This document shows positions 61,430 to 64,000 of a stretch of 64,000 bases of DNA, piece by piece. The position numbers and the translations under genes were made by a program. Source of the stretch: Octopus vulgaris (Eukaryota); assembly GCA_951406725.2 (NCBI GenBank), contig OX597831.1, positions 73,346,001 to 73,410,000 on the forward strand, read 5' to 3'. How positions within the stretch are numbered: position 1 is the stretch's first letter; each line of letters starts with the position of its first letter. Below the pieces are notes generated by a model. That model made no database searches. It saw only the letters and a program-made list of their open reading frames with translations, and was not told where the DNA came from.

Positions 61430-61654
61430 ATATACATATTAGAGGGAAACTACTATGTGGACACCCTTATGCTAGAAATAGATCCGCTATGGTCTTACCA
61501 CTAAATGTTCTCAAGAAAAATTTAGCAAAACAACCAAAACGTTTCGGTTGTTTTGCTAAATTTTTCTTGAGAACATTTCTTAGTGGTAAGACCATAGCGG
61601 ATCTATTTCTAGCATAAGGGTGTCCACATAGTGGTTTCCCTTTAATATGTATAT
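61430..61654. repeat. Near-perfect palindrome (~110-bp arms) centred on aaacgttt
   Basis: Arms are reverse complements; the ORF track shows the same peptide on both strands. Confidence 0.95.
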
Positions 61655-62112
61655 AATACAATTTTACTGAACCTTCAGTTTTTTTTATATGCTAGACCAC
61701 TGGTGTGAAATCGATGTTAATTAAATTAATATCTAATTTCTCACCCTGATTTTAAATTTATATATACACACACACATACTCGCACATATGTATATTGCCA
61801 TTTTTACAATGAAGTCTATCTTTTTTGGGTCAAGCTCCCCTAAAAATCATTGTTGCTTCATATCTTCCTCACTATCATACACCTGCTTTACCTGATATAT
61901 TCATCTTCTGCACCTGTTTTAATTCAGGTGTTCATGTTAATTACATTTCACCTGTGTAACATTAATCAGCTCAGTTTACCTTTATTTAACTACTCATCAT
62001 TCCTGGTTTATTACCTGAAATAATCTTCCAGTAAACATCCATGCCTTTACACTGTTCCCTAAAGGGCTGGCCTCTCCAGACACCCAACCGCATCATAAGG
62101 GTCTAATATCTT

Positions 62113-62398
62113 CTTACATTATTTACATTTGATGGATATTTTTCCTCATCTTGTTTGTTGTTAACCCAATATTTTGGCCCACAGGCATATGGCATAGTGG
62201 TTAAGAGCACGGGCTATTAACCCCAAGATTCCAAGTCCAATTCCAGGCAGTGACCTGAATAATAATAATAACAACAACATTGAAAAATACCTAAGGAATG
62301 AGAACCCAAGTTTGAAATTTCCCCAAGACACCTGATGAAGGCTGGAGGGTATATCAGTCGAAATGTAAATAATTCCTCATCTCTTAAATATAGAACTG
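62113..62398 (+). mobile_element. tRNA-headed element carrying a hammerhead core, with an inverted copy of its 3' part at the 5' end
   Basis: Box A tggcatagtgg (62190), degenerate box B (62234), CTGATGA-a-ggctg..cagtc-GAAA (62332-62363); 62118-62130 is the reverse complement of 62361-62373. Confidence 0.6.
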
Positions 62399-62422
62399 CA
62401 ATATCTTCCTAGTTGTAAGGGT

Positions 62423-62806
62423 TTACTCTTTTTACTTGTTTCAGTCATTTGACTGCAGCCATGCTGGAGCACCGCCTTTAATCGAGCAACTCGACCCCAG
62501 GACTTATTCTTTTGTAAGCCCAGTACTTATTCTATCTGTCTCTTTTGCCGAACCGCTAAGTGACGGGGACGTAAACACACCAGCGTCGGTTGTCAAGCAA
62601 TGCTAGGGGGACAAACACACTCACACACGCATATATATACATATATACGATGGGCTTCTTTCAGTTTCCGTCTACCAAATCCACTCATAAGACTTTGGTC
62701 GGCCCGAGGCTATAGTAGAAGACACTTGCCCAAGGTGCCACGCAGTGGGACTGAACCCGGAACCATGTGGTTGTTAATCAAGCTACTTACCACACAGCCA
62801 CTCCCC
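62423..62806 (-). mobile_element. SINE family A copy
   Basis: Near-identical to other young copies. Confidence 0.9.
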
Positions 62807-63496
62807 CTAAATATTTTCTTACTTTGCCATATCTTTTTGTTTCTGTAGTTCCCTGGACCCTCAAAGATGTCAATGGTCATATTTAAAGTGAAAGATTTCT
62901 TAATGATTAACGAATCTCTCTCATTACTGATGGAGATCCCTTGCATTTTACTCTCTCTCTCTCTCTTTTCCTTTCCAGGCTAAAGTAAAAGGAAGGTTCT
63001 AATTAAAGATGGTTTGGTCTCATCATCCAGAGAAATACCTTGTCATGGTTAGCATTAGTGGATGTTTCTTGTTGCTATGGTAACATCAGTGGATGTCTTG
63101 TTGCCTTAATAGTATCAGCGGGAGCATGCATGGCCACATGGTTATGGTGTTGAACACACAATCTCATGATCATGAATGCAATTCCTAGACCAGGTAGCAT
63201 GTGTCTTTGAGCAAGACACCTCATCTCACATTGCTCTGCAATCACTTGGACACCTGAGGCGTGATACACTGTGCATCTGTTCGGACAACATCAATCCAAT
63301 GGAGAGAGAGAGAGAGAGAGAGAGAGCTACTCAATGTGCAACACAAACAGTTGATCGAGGTAGAACAAACCATTTGTGCAGATTTTTCAAGAATTTGCAG
63401 AACTGACTTTCCAAAGACCACAGAGCAGCTTCCTCCTTGACATACAAAACTTCACGCATTCTTAAGTGTGTGATATTAACTTTAAAATATAAATGC

Positions 63497-63925
63497 AAAG
63501 CACCTTCCAAGCGTGATCATTGCCAGGGCCATGGATTGGCTCCCGTACTGGTGGTACGTAAAAAGCACCATTCGAGCGAGATCGTTGCCAGCATCACCTG
63601 ACTGGTACATGTACCAGTGGCATGTGAAGAAATAATATTCGAGTGTGGTCATTGCCATTCTGCCGGACTGGCTCATGTGCAGGTGGTACGTAAAAAACAC
63701 CTTTGGTTGTTGCCAGAACTGCCTGACTGGCCCTCATGCCGGTGGCACATAAAAGCACTCACTTACACACTTGGAGTGGTTGGCATTAGGAAGGGCATCC
63801 AGCTGTAGAAACTTTGCCAGATCAAGATTGGAGCCTGGTGTGGCCTTCTGGCTCGCCAGTCCTCAGTCAAACTGTCCAACCCATGCCAGCAAGGAAAGCG
63901 GACGTTAAACGATGATGATGATGAT
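63497..63925 (+). mobile_element. RTE 3'-UTR/tail fragment with ~4 tandem units
   Basis: gt.c.ggtgg.acgtaaaaa.cacc repeats, ggaagggcatccagctg, (GAT)n. Confidence 0.85.
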
Positions 63926-64000
63926 AATGATTTAGAGCTGAATATACTTACACACATACCTACCTACACATCTGAATATAAGTTTAATTAACAGGAGTGG

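Noticed and set aside
62184-62255. Functional tRNA gene
   Set aside because: Degenerate T-loop/box B and poor acceptor stem; treated as a SINE-type head. The same applies to the heads of families A-D.

Overview
AT-rich, microsatellite- and retroposon-dense eukaryotic DNA; the repeat families and gene structure point to an octopus (coleoid cephalopod) genome. The only host gene I can support is the 3' part of an MGAT4A/B-type GlcNAc-transferase IV gene on the + strand. It has 9 GT-AG coding exons from 7310 to the stop at 31034 (1071 nt, phases join cleanly); the 5' exons lie upstream of the window. Most of the rest is transposon debris: RTE LINE copies with a PHD finger inside the RT region, CR1-like and Dong/R4-like LINE fragments, a decayed mariner, TTAA piggyBac-type MITEs, several tRNA-derived SINE families, a 56 x 17-bp minisatellite and long (TA/TG)n tracts. 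The most interesting unexplained layer is a set of small elements, mostly inside or beside (TA)n/(TG)n tracts, that form long fold-back palindromes and/or carry hammerhead-ribozyme cores. These include one apparently complete type I hammerhead at 46909-46955, a tRNA-headed hammerhead element at 62113-62398 and a Penelope-like 3' end at 1669-2529. Almost all long ORFs in the supplied track are microsatellite artefacts. All family names come from motif recognition, not from database searches.
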